A DNA stretch of 64,000 bases. It comes from Octopus sinensis (taxonomy: Eukaryota). Position numbers and translations under genes: made by a program. Every line of letters starts with the position of its first letter. Position 1 is the first letter of the stretch. The notes beneath the pieces are model-generated. The model was not told the origin of the DNA, searched no databases, and saw only the letters and a program-made list of their open reading frames with translations. The DNA is taken from positions 108,190,001-108,254,000 of the forward strand of contig NC_043002.1 of the NCBI RefSeq assembly GCF_006345805.1, read 5' to 3'. Below are positions 12,351-24,029 of this stretch, one piece after another.

Positions 12351-12377
12351 CTACTTTTTTAATATTGTTAAATTTAT

Positions 12378-12585
12378 AGTTCTATATTTGAGAGATGAGG
12401 AATTAGGTAAATTATGTACGTTATTTATATTTGATGATATTTGTCCTCATCTTGTTTGTTGTTAACACAACGTTTCAGCTGATTGACTCTCCGGCCTTCT
12501 TCAAATGTCCTGGGGAAATTTCGAACCTGGGTTCTCATTCCTTTTTCAATATTATTATTATTATTATTCAGGTTACTACCTGGAA
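12378..12585 (-). mobile_element. SINE family 4 (tRNA head + minimal hammerhead + tail), 5'-truncated, core mutated
   Basis: Reverse complement reads ggacat-TTGAAGA-a-ggccg..cagct-GAAAC-GTT-gtgtt..gatgaggacaaat..cataatt..cctcatctctcaaatatagaact. Confidence 0.85.
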
Positions 12586-12728
12586 AAGAAGCAGCACATA
12601 TGCTAGGACATAATAACCTCCTAAGCAGACCTAATGCAGATATGAGTAGTATATGGGAACTGGTATTACAGAAGGATAGGAAAATATTAGATTTATAAGC
12701 CCTAAAATTCACTCCATAATTGCCCACA

Positions 12729-12939
12729 GGCATATGGCGTAGTGGTTAAGAGCGCGAGCTACTAACCCCAAGATTCCGAGTTTGATTCCAGGCAGTGACC
12801 TGAATGATAATAATAACATCAAAAAATACCTTAGGAATGAGAACCCAGGTTCAAAATTTCCCCGAGACATCTGAAGAAGGCCGAAACGTGTTAACAACAA
12901 ACAAGATGAGGACAGATATCTGTCAAATGTAAATAATGT
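12729..12939 (+). mobile_element. SINE family 4, full head, hammerhead stem II deleted
   Basis: A box tggcgtagtggtt, B box gagtttgattcc, (aat)n, then gacat-CTGAAGA-aggcc-GAAAC-gtgtt. Confidence 0.85.
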
Positions 12940-14034
12940 TAAATTCATATTTACAAAACTTCCTACCCATAATATGGGAAAACAAAGTATTTCCTCCGAC
13001 AAATACAGTAAAGGGATCCAATCTTTCTTTAACCTAAAAATGACAAGACTGAAAATTGAGCTGGTTTCATTGGAATTTGGTTGTTAATTTTCCTGGCATG
13101 TTTGTCAGAGATTCAAGACTATTTAATGAATAATAAGGTATTTGTAGCAATGATAGCAGTGACAAGCGAAATAGTAATAACAGCAGCAAAAGCAGAGGCA
13201 GTGAAGTAATCAGCTTTCTGTTAGAGTATGTTGTTCTCTTTGGAAACAAATGATTCTCTGTTAAGTAAAATCAGAATTCTTGAGAGATGCCACTGTCAGT
13301 TAAGGATCAATCAATTAGAAGAAGAAAACATCTTCCCCGAAGAAGCATTCCTTGTGTTCTGAAAACAGTTCCTTACTGTTGGCCATTAGAATGGTGTCTC
13401 TATCAGAATATTTTTCAAGTCCGTAATTTTTTAATGGAGACAAGAGTATGGAAGGACAGCACTGATAATTTGGATACAAAAAATTTATTTACTTGTAAAC
13501 CTTAACCATTGATTTTACAAACTAAATATGAGCATAATCAAACAGCCATGTGGTGAAGATATAGCGTAACCATGGAGTTCTGGGTTCAATCATACCATAT
13601 GGCATCTTAATAAAGTTCATATAGCATAGAATTGGGTTTACTAATGCTTTGTGAAGGGAATTTGGTAAACAAATGTTGTAGAAAGAGATGGCTGATAAAT
13701 CAGTGCCTGGAACTTAAAATAAAACTAGTGGTATTTAATGGATTGTGTTTGATCTGGGTTAAGAGTAATGAGGGTGATATGATTGACTGATACAATTGCA
13801 GGCAATGATCACAGTTCAATAACTGAAACCAAAAAGTGAATTTTTCAATAAAATCACAAATGACCAAGTCAGTATGGGAGACAATCAATCAAAGAAGATG
13901 AAGTTTGAATCTTGACCCTTTGCATTACATTGAATCCATCCTTTAAAATGGCTCAGCAGGAATAGAAACACAACACTATAAAACTGATGGGAGTTTTGGT
14001 AACTTGAAATTCCGAGTTCAATTTCATTTGTGGT

Positions 14035-14426
14035 AGGTGCAGGAGTGGCTGTGTGGTAAGTAGCTTGCTTACCAACCACATGGTTCTGGGTTCAGTCCCA
14101 CTGTGTGACACTTTGGGCAAGTGTCTTACTACTATAGCCTTGGGCCAACCAAAGCCTTGTGAGTGGATTTGGTAAACGGAAACTGAAAGAAGCCCATCGT
14201 ATATATATATATATATATATGTTTGTGTGTCTGTGTTTGTCCCCCCAAACTTTGCTTAACAACTGATGCTGGTGTGTTTATGTCCCTGTTACTTAGCAGG
14301 TCGGTAAGAGAGAGAGTGATAGAATAAGTACTAGGTTTACAAAGAATAAGTCCTGGGGTCGATTTGCTCAACTAAAGGCGATGCTCCAGCATGGCCACAA
14401 TCAAATGACTGAAACAAATAAAAGAA
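14035..14426 (+). mobile_element. SINE family 1
   Basis: Full-length copy; template of the duplicate at 16616-16921. Confidence 0.9.
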
Positions 14427-15025
14427 TAATTTAATTTATGCTAAACTGATTGTGCCCACGATGCAGGACATGAAGACAAAACCTTCATTATTGCCCCTAG
14501 AATATACAATATGCTAGCAATGAGACTCTTCAATCTTTTTTGCAAAGAAAGAAGAATTTATGGACATTTAGTCTCATTGGTTAACCTGTTGCTAGGAAAA
14601 CAGAACAGAGGAAGTCAAGTGGTTTAACACAAAAGATGGTGCAGTGCCTCATTTGTAGATTTCTTGTATTTTTAATCTGCACAGAACCAAAATAGGATAT
14701 TCTTTTGGGGTTTTTTTGGGAAAAAGTAAGTCGAGGTATCCAGAAACTCTCCATTAGGTCCCAATTTAATCAAACTTTCCTCAATTATTATAATTTTTTG
14801 TTTATTGAATAAGATATGTATAGAGTAGCCATTACCCAGACTTGTTGTGGACTTTGTGAATTGGAAAACTGAATGTCAAAACCTATAGCCATGGGGGATA
14901 ACACTAGGTGCTCTTACGTGGTGCCAACATAGGTACATTTTACGTGGCACTGGCATGGGTGGATCATTTGTGTCACACTGGCACAGGTGCTTTATTATAT
15001 ATTGTTTAAAACACTAAATATATAT

Positions 15026-15792
15026 TTTATTTGTTTCAGCCATTTGACTGCGTCCATGCTGGAGCATCGCCTTCAGTTGAACAAATTTACCCCAGGATTT
15101 ATTCTTTGTAAGCCTTCTACTTATTCTATCAGTCTCCACTAAGTGATGAGGATGTAAACACACCAACATCGGTTGTCAAGCGAGGGTGGGGGTACAAACA
15201 CAGACAAACAAACATATATATATACAATGGGCTTCTTCCAGTTTCCGTCTACCAAATCCACTCACAAGGCTTTGGTCAGCCCAAGCCTATAGTAGAAGAC
15301 ACTTGCCCAAAGTACCACGCAGTGGGACTGAACCCAGAACCATGTGACCATGTGGTTAGTAAGCAAGCTACTTACCACACAGCCACTCTCTTTTACTCTT
15401 TTACTTGTTTCAGTTATTTGACTGCGGCCATGCTGGAGCACCGCCTTTAATCGAGCAACTCGACCCTGGGACTTATTCTTTTGTAAGCCCAGTACTTATT
15501 CTATCGGTCTCTTTTGCCGAACCGCTAAGTAACGGGGACATAAACAGACCAGCATCGGTTGTCAAGCAATGCTAAGGGGACAAACAGACACACAAACACA
15601 CACGCATATATATATATATATACATATATATGACAGGCTTCTTTCAGTTTCCGCCTACCAAATCCACTCACAAGGCTTTGGTTGGCCCGAGGTTATAGTA
15701 GAAGACACTTACCCAAGGTGCCACGCAGTGGACTGAACCCGGAACCATATGGTTGGTAAACAAGCTACTTACCACACAGCCACTCCTGCGCC
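15026..15792 (-). mobile_element. Two adjacent SINE family 1 copies (about 15026-15388 and 15389-15792)
   Basis: Two consecutive reverse-strand matches to the family 1 consensus. Confidence 0.88.
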
Positions 15793-16310
15793 CATATTAG
15801 ACACTAAATAATCACAAAACAAACACTGACTTTTAAATTAGATGATATTTCAAATCTCTAAATGCACAAATACAGTAAGAACCTTTATTTGCTGCGTCTA
15901 TGATGGTGTTGATGATGATGGCTATGGAGTTAAAAGATTAACTTGCATGCTTTGAGTTTAATCTCATTGCTCTTTATTAGCAGCAATGTCACTTCTACTA
16001 CAGCCTTTGAATTAACCAAACATTTGTAAATTAAATTTGGTAACCAGAGGCTGTTTCTGTTCTGCCTCCACAATAGATATGGGAAGAACTGCAGAAACAT
16101 GCTAATTCTGTAGAACTTGGCACAAAACACAAACAAATGAATGAATGGATGAGTGTTGAGTGATATATTGAATGGCTAGAGTGGAAGGGAGCCCCACTCA
16201 AGCCATTATGCCCAACCTTTGCTCTCCAGAACATGGATGTCCTTTTCAATTCCTTCCCCTCCGTAACTTGGCCTACAGCTAATCAAAAGGACCTTAATGA
16301 ACAATCTTAA

Positions 16311-16530
16311 CCCTTTGGCATTAAAGCCAGCCATATCTGGCCCAAATATTCTACTTCATTTTATGTTCAAACTTGCCAGATTCAGCCCCTCACACCTACT
16401 CTACAATGTCATTCTAAAAATAAGCAATCACTTTATCAAACTCTCAAAGCTACAAGATAATGCAGGATTAATTCAAAACAATGTGAATAAATAAGGATTA
16501 CATTTGACAGAGTAATCTGAATGCTAAAGG
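16311..16530. mobile_element. piggyBac-type MITE family B
   Basis: ttaa-ccctttggcatt ... aatgctaaagga-ttaa; homologous to 20660-20860 and 35979-36400. Confidence 0.75.
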
Positions 16531-16615
16531 ATTAATGCTCCCAGAAAGCTTTGAAAACAGTAGTCACAGCCCCTTCTTCGAATCCAATTAATTCAATAAT
16601 TAATTCAACAATTAA

Positions 16616-16818
16616 TTTTGGTAACTTGAAATTCCGAGTTCAATTTCATTTGTGGTAGGTGCAGGAGTGGCTGTGTGGTAAGTAGCTTGCTTACCAACCA
16701 CATGGTTCTGGGTTCAGTCCCACTGTGTGACACTTTGGGCAAGTGTCTACTACTATAGCCTTGGCCAACCAAAGCCTTGTGAGTGGATTTGGTAAACGGA
16801 AACTGAAAGAAGCCCATC

Positions 16819-16857
<39 letters not shown>

Positions 16858-16921
16858 TGTGTGTCTGTGTTTGTCCCCCCAAACTTTGCTTGACAACTGA
16901 TGCTGGTGTGTTTATGTCCCT
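16616..16921 (+). repeat. Local duplicate of 13994-14287 (unique flank + SINE 5' part), bracketed by a 36-bp direct repeat
   Basis: Shares ~40 nt non-SINE flank and private variants with the 14-kb copy; tcacagccccttcttcgaatccaattaattcaataa at 16564-16599 and 16921-16956. Confidence 0.88.
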
Positions 16922-17776
16922 CACAGCCCCTTCTTCGAATCCAATTAATTCAATAAGTATAAAGACAGAGAGGGGTCTCTGCTGAGTTGTAAAGAAATGG
17001 AGGAGGGCTGTACCAACCAAATAACGAAGGTGTGTACTGTTAATGGAGTAAAGCAAGAGTTAAATGAGAAGAGATTGCTGGTAGCTTCTGATTTGTTTAC
17101 CTGATGTTGCAGAGGCTGATATTATTACTGTATTAGGTTTGTTCATCTTTTGGTTTGTTGAAACGCTAAACAGGGTAGGGTTACAGGAGAGAATGGAGTC
17201 AGGTAAAATTGTAGTGAAATTGTTGAGGCTGAGAAGATATTATTACAACATTGCTAATGTTACAAAACACCCTGTTATCCACTCTTCTACTTGTAAAACT
17301 AAATAAATATTGAATATTTATGACAGGCGATAAAGGGAGAATGACTAACAGAATATTATTAATCCCAAAGAATTTTATTATTTTATGGCTTAGCTGAAGG
17401 AGCAGACACAACCTTTATGCAGAGTTTTGGAGACTGGTGAAAAGAGAGAAGAAGGTACTTAAGACTTGTGGGTTGTTATAAAAAAAAACGAAGTATAAAG
17501 TCACCCAGTTATTCTCAATCCAGAGACATGGTCCAAGTCCAAATCTTTGCAATAGAATAGATTCCATTTAATAAAACCCAAAGCCTTGTTGGCAGCTTTA
17601 AACCGAGTGAGGAATTCGGTTTAACACACACAAAATACCACAGGGTATCTGTTTCAGCAGTAATTAATGGAGCTGGGCCCTAATTGCAGGCAGTTGAAGA
17701 AATAATTAAAAATAACAATATTAAAACAAATACAAAGATATTTCTTTCTTAGTAGCATCTTTTTTTGCATCTTTTT

Positions 17777-18170
17777 CTACTCTAGGCACAAGGCCTAAAA
17801 TTTGGAGGGAGGGTTCCAGTGAATTAGATCGCCCCCCAGTATGCAACTGGTACTTAGTTTATTGACCCTAAAATGATGAAAGGCAAAGTCAACCTTAGTG
17901 GAATTTGAACTCAGAGCGTAAAGACAGACAATATACCTATTTCTTTACTACCCACAAGGGGATAAACACAGAGAGAACAAACAAGGACAGACAAACGGAT
18001 TAAGTCGATTATATCGACCCCAGTGCATAACTGGTACTTATTTAATCGACCCCGAAAGGATGAAAGGCAAAGTCGACCTCGGCGGAATTTGAACTCAAAA
18101 CGTAGCGGCAGACGAAATATCGCTAAGCATTTCGTCTGGTGTGCTAACATTTCTGCCAGCTCACTGCCAG
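17777..18170 (-). mobile_element. SINE family 2 heterodimer (full tail-A unit + 5'-truncated tail-B unit)
   Basis: Reverse complement junction aaagaaataggtatattgtctgtctttac; same layout as 42024-42420. Confidence 0.8.
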
Positions 18171-18892
18171 ATACATAGTATTATTGATTAACCAATGAGG
18201 GAGCAGTATTAAGCAATGAGAAAGTGTTATTAGCCAATGAGAGAGTGTTACTAGCCAATGCAGAATCTTCTCCATGGTTGCATGACTTGCTTGAAACAGC
18301 AGCAAAATCAAATTATACTCTACCTTCTACAAAAAAATGAAGGGCACAAACTGCAATCCTAAATATATAAAAAGATGAGATGGACTGTTATAGTTGAGAT
18401 GCCCTTCATAAACATGTTCAATCAAGGCTGACCTGTGGTTAGCAACAATAATGACTGATATTGATATCTCACTGAATGTTATTTTACTGACCACAAAAAA
18501 TTTTACCTGGTCCAGGTAAAACTGATGCTTAGAAGTTTAGATCCTCTGAAGGATTAAAGGCATTGTTCAGCCCTGAAGGATGAGAGTAGAGGCCAACCTT
18601 GGCAGAATTTGAACTCAGAACATAGAAGAAAGTGACAATTTATTGCAAGGTTGTTTATCTGTTGCTCCACCAAATTTTGCTGTCATTTCAACTGAAATGG
18701 TTTCTTTTTTAGGTATTAGGAAAATATTTTAAAAAACAAAAGGTTTAAATTATACTCTACAGAATTAGCTGTGGTATACAACTAGTATTTATGTTTGGTG
18801 GTTAAGGGACAAAAAAGCTCCTACTACAAGCTGTAAAAGTGGTTGACATTAGGAAGAGCATCCAGTCATAAAAGTCATGTCAAAGTGACCAT

Positions 18893-19280
18893 AGGCGCAG
18901 GAGTGGCTGTGTGGTAAGTAGCTTGTTTACCAACCACATGGTTCTGGGTTCAGTCCCACTGCGTGGCACCTTGGGCAAGTGTCTTCTACTATAGCCTCGG
19001 GCCGACCAAAGCCTTGTGAGTGGATTTGGTAGACGGAAACTGAAAGAAGCTCGTCGTATATATGTATATATATATATATGCGTGTGTGTCCCCCTAGCAT
19101 TGCTTGACAACCGATGCTGGTGTGTTTATGTCCCCGTTACTTAGCGGTTCGGCAAAAAAGACCGATAGAATAAGTACTGGGCTTACAAAAGAATAAGTCC
19201 CTGGTTGAGTTGCTCGATTAAAGGCGGTGCTCCAGCATGGCCGCAGACAAATGACTGAAACAAGTAAAAGAGTAAAAGAG
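18893..19280 (+). mobile_element. SINE family 1
   Basis: Full-length consensus-like copy. Confidence 0.9.
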
Positions 19281-20659
19281 TATGGAGCTCAATATAGTCC
19301 TCAAATCCACTGAACCCTGTGAAACTGCCCAACTCATGCCATCATGGAACATCAATATTAAATGATGATGATGATGATAAGGAAGAGGAGTTATTTATCT
19401 CAGTCTGTAATTTATTCCTTAGACAAGTATCTCTGGTTTCATCATTATTGAATCTTAAAATACCAATGGCAGGTTCTCTGTAAAAGTATGAAACACCTGG
19501 GAAGTGTAATAATACTAATGGCAGTTGACACTATAACCTAATCTAAATTATATGACAGGGTGGGCTGTGGCAGTAAGAGGAATAGAAGGAAGGACATTCG
19601 AGTCTGGCAATAAGGAATATAAAGAAAGGACGACATTCTGTAAAGGAAAAAAGTTGACTTGGAATGTGTGGCATCAGAATGTTGACATCTGTTGAACATG
19701 TGTTCATTGGTAACTAAAATAAACAACAGCAGTGTTCCTGGGGATGCTTGGGGAAAACAATTTGGAATAACGAAGAAAGAATGTAACCAGAAGTTGGTAA
19801 GGTGCTCCAAGTTTATGCCTGGGATGGTGGTGGTGGTGGGGTGGTTTCATCAGAAGTGAAATCTAAAAGTGAGAATTGATGTTTTCTTTCTTAGCGGGAA
19901 GAGAAGATTGAGAGATTTTAGTTACATTCTGTTTTTAAACAGCTTCCAGACAAGTGTAAGGGAAATAGTGTGAGATATTCAGCTTTTTATCAAAACCAAT
20001 ATTTAGTTAGGGGAAAAATAAATGAGAAGATAATATTCCTAAAATATAGAGGAGAAACTATTTGGTTAAGTCTCAGATGAAAATATCTTTTGAAGCTATT
20101 AATATGGTGTTTTGCAACAAGAGAACAAAGCTAGTGAATAAGTTGGTACCATGATGATACTATAGTGGTGGTGGTGGTTGTTTTTGTGTAGGTACCAACT
20201 GGCAACTAGTCAGTTCTATCTGGTAAGGTCAATCAGTAAAATGCCACAGGTCAAGGACTTGAGATATGAAATCAGATACAAGATGGCTATCAACACTGGC
20301 TGACATTGTTCTGTCTATGACTACTATGGTTCCCATTTTATAACTGATACAGTGATACAGTGTCAATTGACTGCTGTTTTTAGCTGAGTTTGGCAAATAC
20401 ACAGAAGTTCTTTTCCTCACTTGCTCAAGGGATTCTGAACGTAACCCTCTACTGACAAAGCATGCAACTTGTTTTTGGTGATAATCTTTAATTATTTCTG
20501 TGAGAAAATAACAGACACAGATTATAAAGTAAGACATGTAAAAACACAAATAAAGCAATGGATGACTTTTAGGGCCTGCTCCTTAACCCCAGTTTAACCC
20601 TGTTGTTACCACATTTCTGTTTCAATTAATTTTGAAATTAATGAAGAATTTCTTTATTT

Positions 20660-20860
20660 CTTTAACATTTAGGTTATACTGTCAACTGTAAAGCTTCAAC
20701 CATGCATTATCTTGTAGCCTTGAGATTTTAATTATGTGACTATATATTTCTGAGACCAACATTGTAGGGTAGATGTGAAAGGCTGCAACTGGTCAGTTTG
20801 AACATAAAACAGGAAGAACATTTTGGCCAGAAATGGCTGGTTTGAATGCTAAAAGGTTAA
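20660..20860. mobile_element. piggyBac-type MITE family B, degenerate, inverted relative to 16311
   Basis: Ends aatgctaaaagg-ttaa; internal gcattatcttgtagc..gagat matches the reverse complement of 16440-16470. Confidence 0.6.
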
Positions 20861-21023
20861 AGAAAAAAGTTTGTATCATTAAACTTGGAATGATCTCAAG
20901 CAGGTTGGTTGGTATCAAAAGGGTTAGTGCTATTATTACATATTGTATTCTATATAATATCAGTCGATTGCAAGCAATATTCATAGATAGTCTGGTCACT
21001 GGAATAATGTTTGCCTTTCAAAC

Positions 21024-21322
21024 CCTCTTTCATGGAGCCAAAGAGATGATAGTCCAGTGACGATAACAGTCCAGTGACGAGGAAGTGAAAACTGTAGTGA
21101 AGAAGTGGTTCAAAGAACAGTCAACAGAATTTTACAGGGCAGGGATACATGCTTTCATTCGAAGGTAGAACATTGCTATTGAGAGAAACGGTGACTATGT
21201 TGAGAAGTAGGGATGTGATCCACAGAGGACCAGCTTCAATTTGATGTATGATACATGTTCCTGTGTTGGTAATTATACTTGTCCTAAACAAAATGGCATT
21301 ACTTTTTGACTCAACCCTCGCA
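21024..21322 (+). mobile_element. Mariner (Tc1/mariner) 3' remnant: transposase C-terminus and right TIR
   Basis: Translates SSDEEVKTVVKKWFKEQSTEFYRAGIHAFIRR*NIAIERNGDYVEK*, the typical mariner C-terminus; ends ttactttttgactcaaccctcg. Confidence 0.85.
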
Positions 21323-21541
21323 TCATTCTTTAGGACAATTTGAAATGAGTTCTGCAAGGTGATGGAATCAATATCAGAAGGATAAAATGTAAAATTGACG
21401 CCATCAAAACCTGAACTTGGGAATGTTACCCTTCAGTTTTGGATCCTGTAAAATATAGTTCGACAATGTTTGTACCATATTCTAAAGTCTCAAAGTAGTA
21501 AAGATTTAATGCAAAATACAAGGAATTCTTAAGACACTTAC

Positions 21542-22515
21542 CTCTTTGATTTCCTTTAGGCTTTTTACATAAGTCCGTTCTGTTTCCACAATTTCGGAAA
21601 CCACTCTTTCAGTGTAAGAAACATAATGAGACAGAGAAGTGGAATGGATATCTGTTACCTCTTCCCCATCCTCATCAGGAAGAGATTGTTTACATTCATT
21701 GTCTGTCAGTTCATGGAGTGTAGGCACTGGAGAACAACTTTTCTCTCTCTCATTTGACCGATACTTCAACCTGTTGTCATCTTGTGCATGACTCGGGGAT
21801 GAATAACTACTCGAGGTCATAGAATCCTCTTCCTCTTCAATACCTTCATGCTGGTCAATGGTCAACTTCTGACAACTTGCTGATTGGTCAGAAGCTGACG
21901 TCCGATCTTCCTCAAATCCTCTTACTGCCCCATCGAAAGATGAAGTAACTGAAACAGTGTCTATAAAGTCCTCGGAACTAACCACCGACTCCATGTCAGT
22001 GTTATCCACAACAATCGTGGGACCGGAAACAATATTCTGGTTGTTTCCATTGACGACAATTTCTGTGTCGGTCATGTTTAAGCGTTTGTATCGACTGTGT
22101 CGTGGGAGAGATGATGATGAAGCTGATGACATTGAGCTGATGCTTAAAGGCCTTTTCCGACTGTCCAAGGCAGCATTGTCAAGTGTGGCACCGGCGCACA
22201 GGTTGGTCGTGTGAGAAGCTGCTGCATCTGTTTGGTCGAAATCAGGTTTGTCATTCTGCTGCTCGTCAACAGCAGCTGCAGCAGCAAGAGAAGACGTTGG
22301 CGGCGGCGGCGGCGGCGAAGATGATGATGAAGAAGAAAGTAATGATGGATTGGTCTGTTGGTCACTTTGGTACATTGCAGGTTCTGGGCAAATAGATTCT
22401 GGGTCGCCTTTGTCAGTGCAACAGGTTTCTGTTTGCTGTTGTACATCGTCTTCATTGACATTTAAAAACTTGTCGTAGATGGACAACAAAGCCCGTGTCA
22501 AATCAACGGAAGAAC
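21542..22515 (-). CDS. PLEKHG1-like: Coding exon of a Dbl-family RhoGEF (PLEKHG1/2/3-like): low-complexity N-terminal region plus start of the DH domain
   Basis: 974-bp open exon between acceptor tttctctaatttcag|G (phase 1) and donor GAG|gtaagt (phase 0). Ends YTERVVSEIVETERTYVKSLKEIKE, matching PLEKHG1/3 Y-x-x-RVV-x-EI-x-ETER-x-YV; upstream RPLSISSMSS resembles PLEKHG RPVSLTSTTSS. Paralog assignment is from memory, not a search. Confidence 0.88.
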
Positions 22516-22659
22516 CTGAAATTAGAGAAAGAAAATAAAAATAAAATAACAGTCATTAAACCTCAAAACAAAACTAATAAATAGTAAATGTGTAAAAATC
22601 TGAGATAAGTTATTATTCACATCACTGTTGTTGTTATTATATATTATTATTATTATTAT

Positions 22660-22931
22660 TGAGTGAGAGAGCAGTTCATGCCATCAAAGTGACACTGGGG
22701 TACAATATACGAAGCCCAATATACCCATCATGACTACCCGTCTGATAAGGGTACACCAGGCACATGCATCACAACCATATGTGCGCGACATGGTGATCTC
22801 ATATCAAGATAAACAGCGCATGACCTTGCAGGTGGGGCCCAGTTAGAATTTTCTTCAGGCTGAGTAGCCCATCCTGCTCAAATGGTCCCTGAATAAGGGT
22901 CGTTTAAGGATGTTGAAAGAACCACCCATGT
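22660..22931 (-). mobile_element. Unclassified retroelement 3' segment with (AAT)n tail
   Basis: Homologous (inverted) to 44330-44630; sits in a (TAT)n tract duplicated on both sides. Confidence 0.7.
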
Positions 22932-23424
22932 TTATTATATTATTATTATTATTACGGTGGTGATCTGGCAGAATCGTTAGCATGCCAGGTGAAATGCTGA
23001 GCAATATTTCGTCTGCCACTACGTTCTGAGTTCAAATTCCGCTGAGGTCTTGTGACTCCAGAAGCAAGGAAGCAAAAACTGAACCACGTACAAACTGATT
23101 TTTAAAAAAAATGAGAAGATGGAAATAGTTGTTGCAAGGCATTTGGTCCATAACTCTACCATTTTAGCATCAACAACAGCAGCACCAATAGTGAGAATGA
23201 ACCAAAAAAAATAAGGGTTTCCAATTTTGACTCAAGGCCAACATTTTCAGGGAAAAGGGAAACTCAATTACACTAACCCCCAGTGTTTAACTGGTACTTA
23301 TTTTATTAAACATGTAAAGTAAAGTTGACTATGGTAGAATTTGTAATCTGAATGTAACGACAGACAAAATACTGCTAAGCATTTTACCTGGCATACTAAC
23401 AATTCTGCTAACTGGTTGCCTTAA

Positions 23425-24029
23425 CCCTTTCGTTACCAACCCGGCTGAAACCAGCTCTGGCTCTGAGAACAAATGTTTTGTTGTCATAAGTTTTGATAGT
23501 CACAATTTATATTCCTAACACTAACTGGCGTTAGGAAGGGCATCCAGCCGTAGAAACACTGCCAGATCTGACTAGGCCTGATGAAGCCTTCCAGCTTCAC
23601 AGACCCCAGTTGAACCATCCAACCCATGCTAGCATGGAAAACGGACGCTAAACGATGATGATGATAACTGAATGATTATTAAGTTATTTTACTAAATTCA
23701 TCATCATCATCATCGTTTAACGTCCGCTTTCCATGCTAGCATGGGTTGGACGATTTGACTAAGGACTAGCAAACCAGATGGCTGCACCAGGCTTCAATCT
23801 TGATCTGGTAGACTTTCTACAGCTGGATGCCCTTCCTAACGCAGATAGTGTAGTGGGTGCTTTTACTTGTCACCGGCACGAGGGCCCACCAGGCGGTACT
23901 GGCAACGGCCACGAAAAAAATCGCGTTTCTTTTTACGTGCCACCTGCACACCGGCACAAGTGCCAGTAGTTATATTTAAAGTAATTGAAAGAAACAGAGC
24001 ACCTCGAAATAAAGACAGTAACGAAAGGG
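23425..24029. mobile_element. piggyBac-type MITE A containing two nested, convergent RTE 3'-tail insertions
   Basis: TTAA 23421-23424 and 24030-24033; plus-strand RTE tail 23528-23665 with 6-bp TSD taactg; minus-strand tail 23698-23967. Confidence 0.88.

Noticed and set aside
16031-16300. Possible next DH-domain exon
   Set aside because: No translation resembled the expected DH continuation (e.g. LFxNIxDIY), and stops interrupt the frames.
21957-22478. Plus-strand and alternative-frame ORFs overlapping the RhoGEF exon
   Set aside because: They are shadow ORFs of a low-complexity coding exon with no independent signals.
23578-23586. CTGATGAAG hammerhead-like core
   Set aside because: It lies in an RTE 3' UTR copy where other copies read ctggtgcag; no stem II-GAAA or stem I pairing follows.
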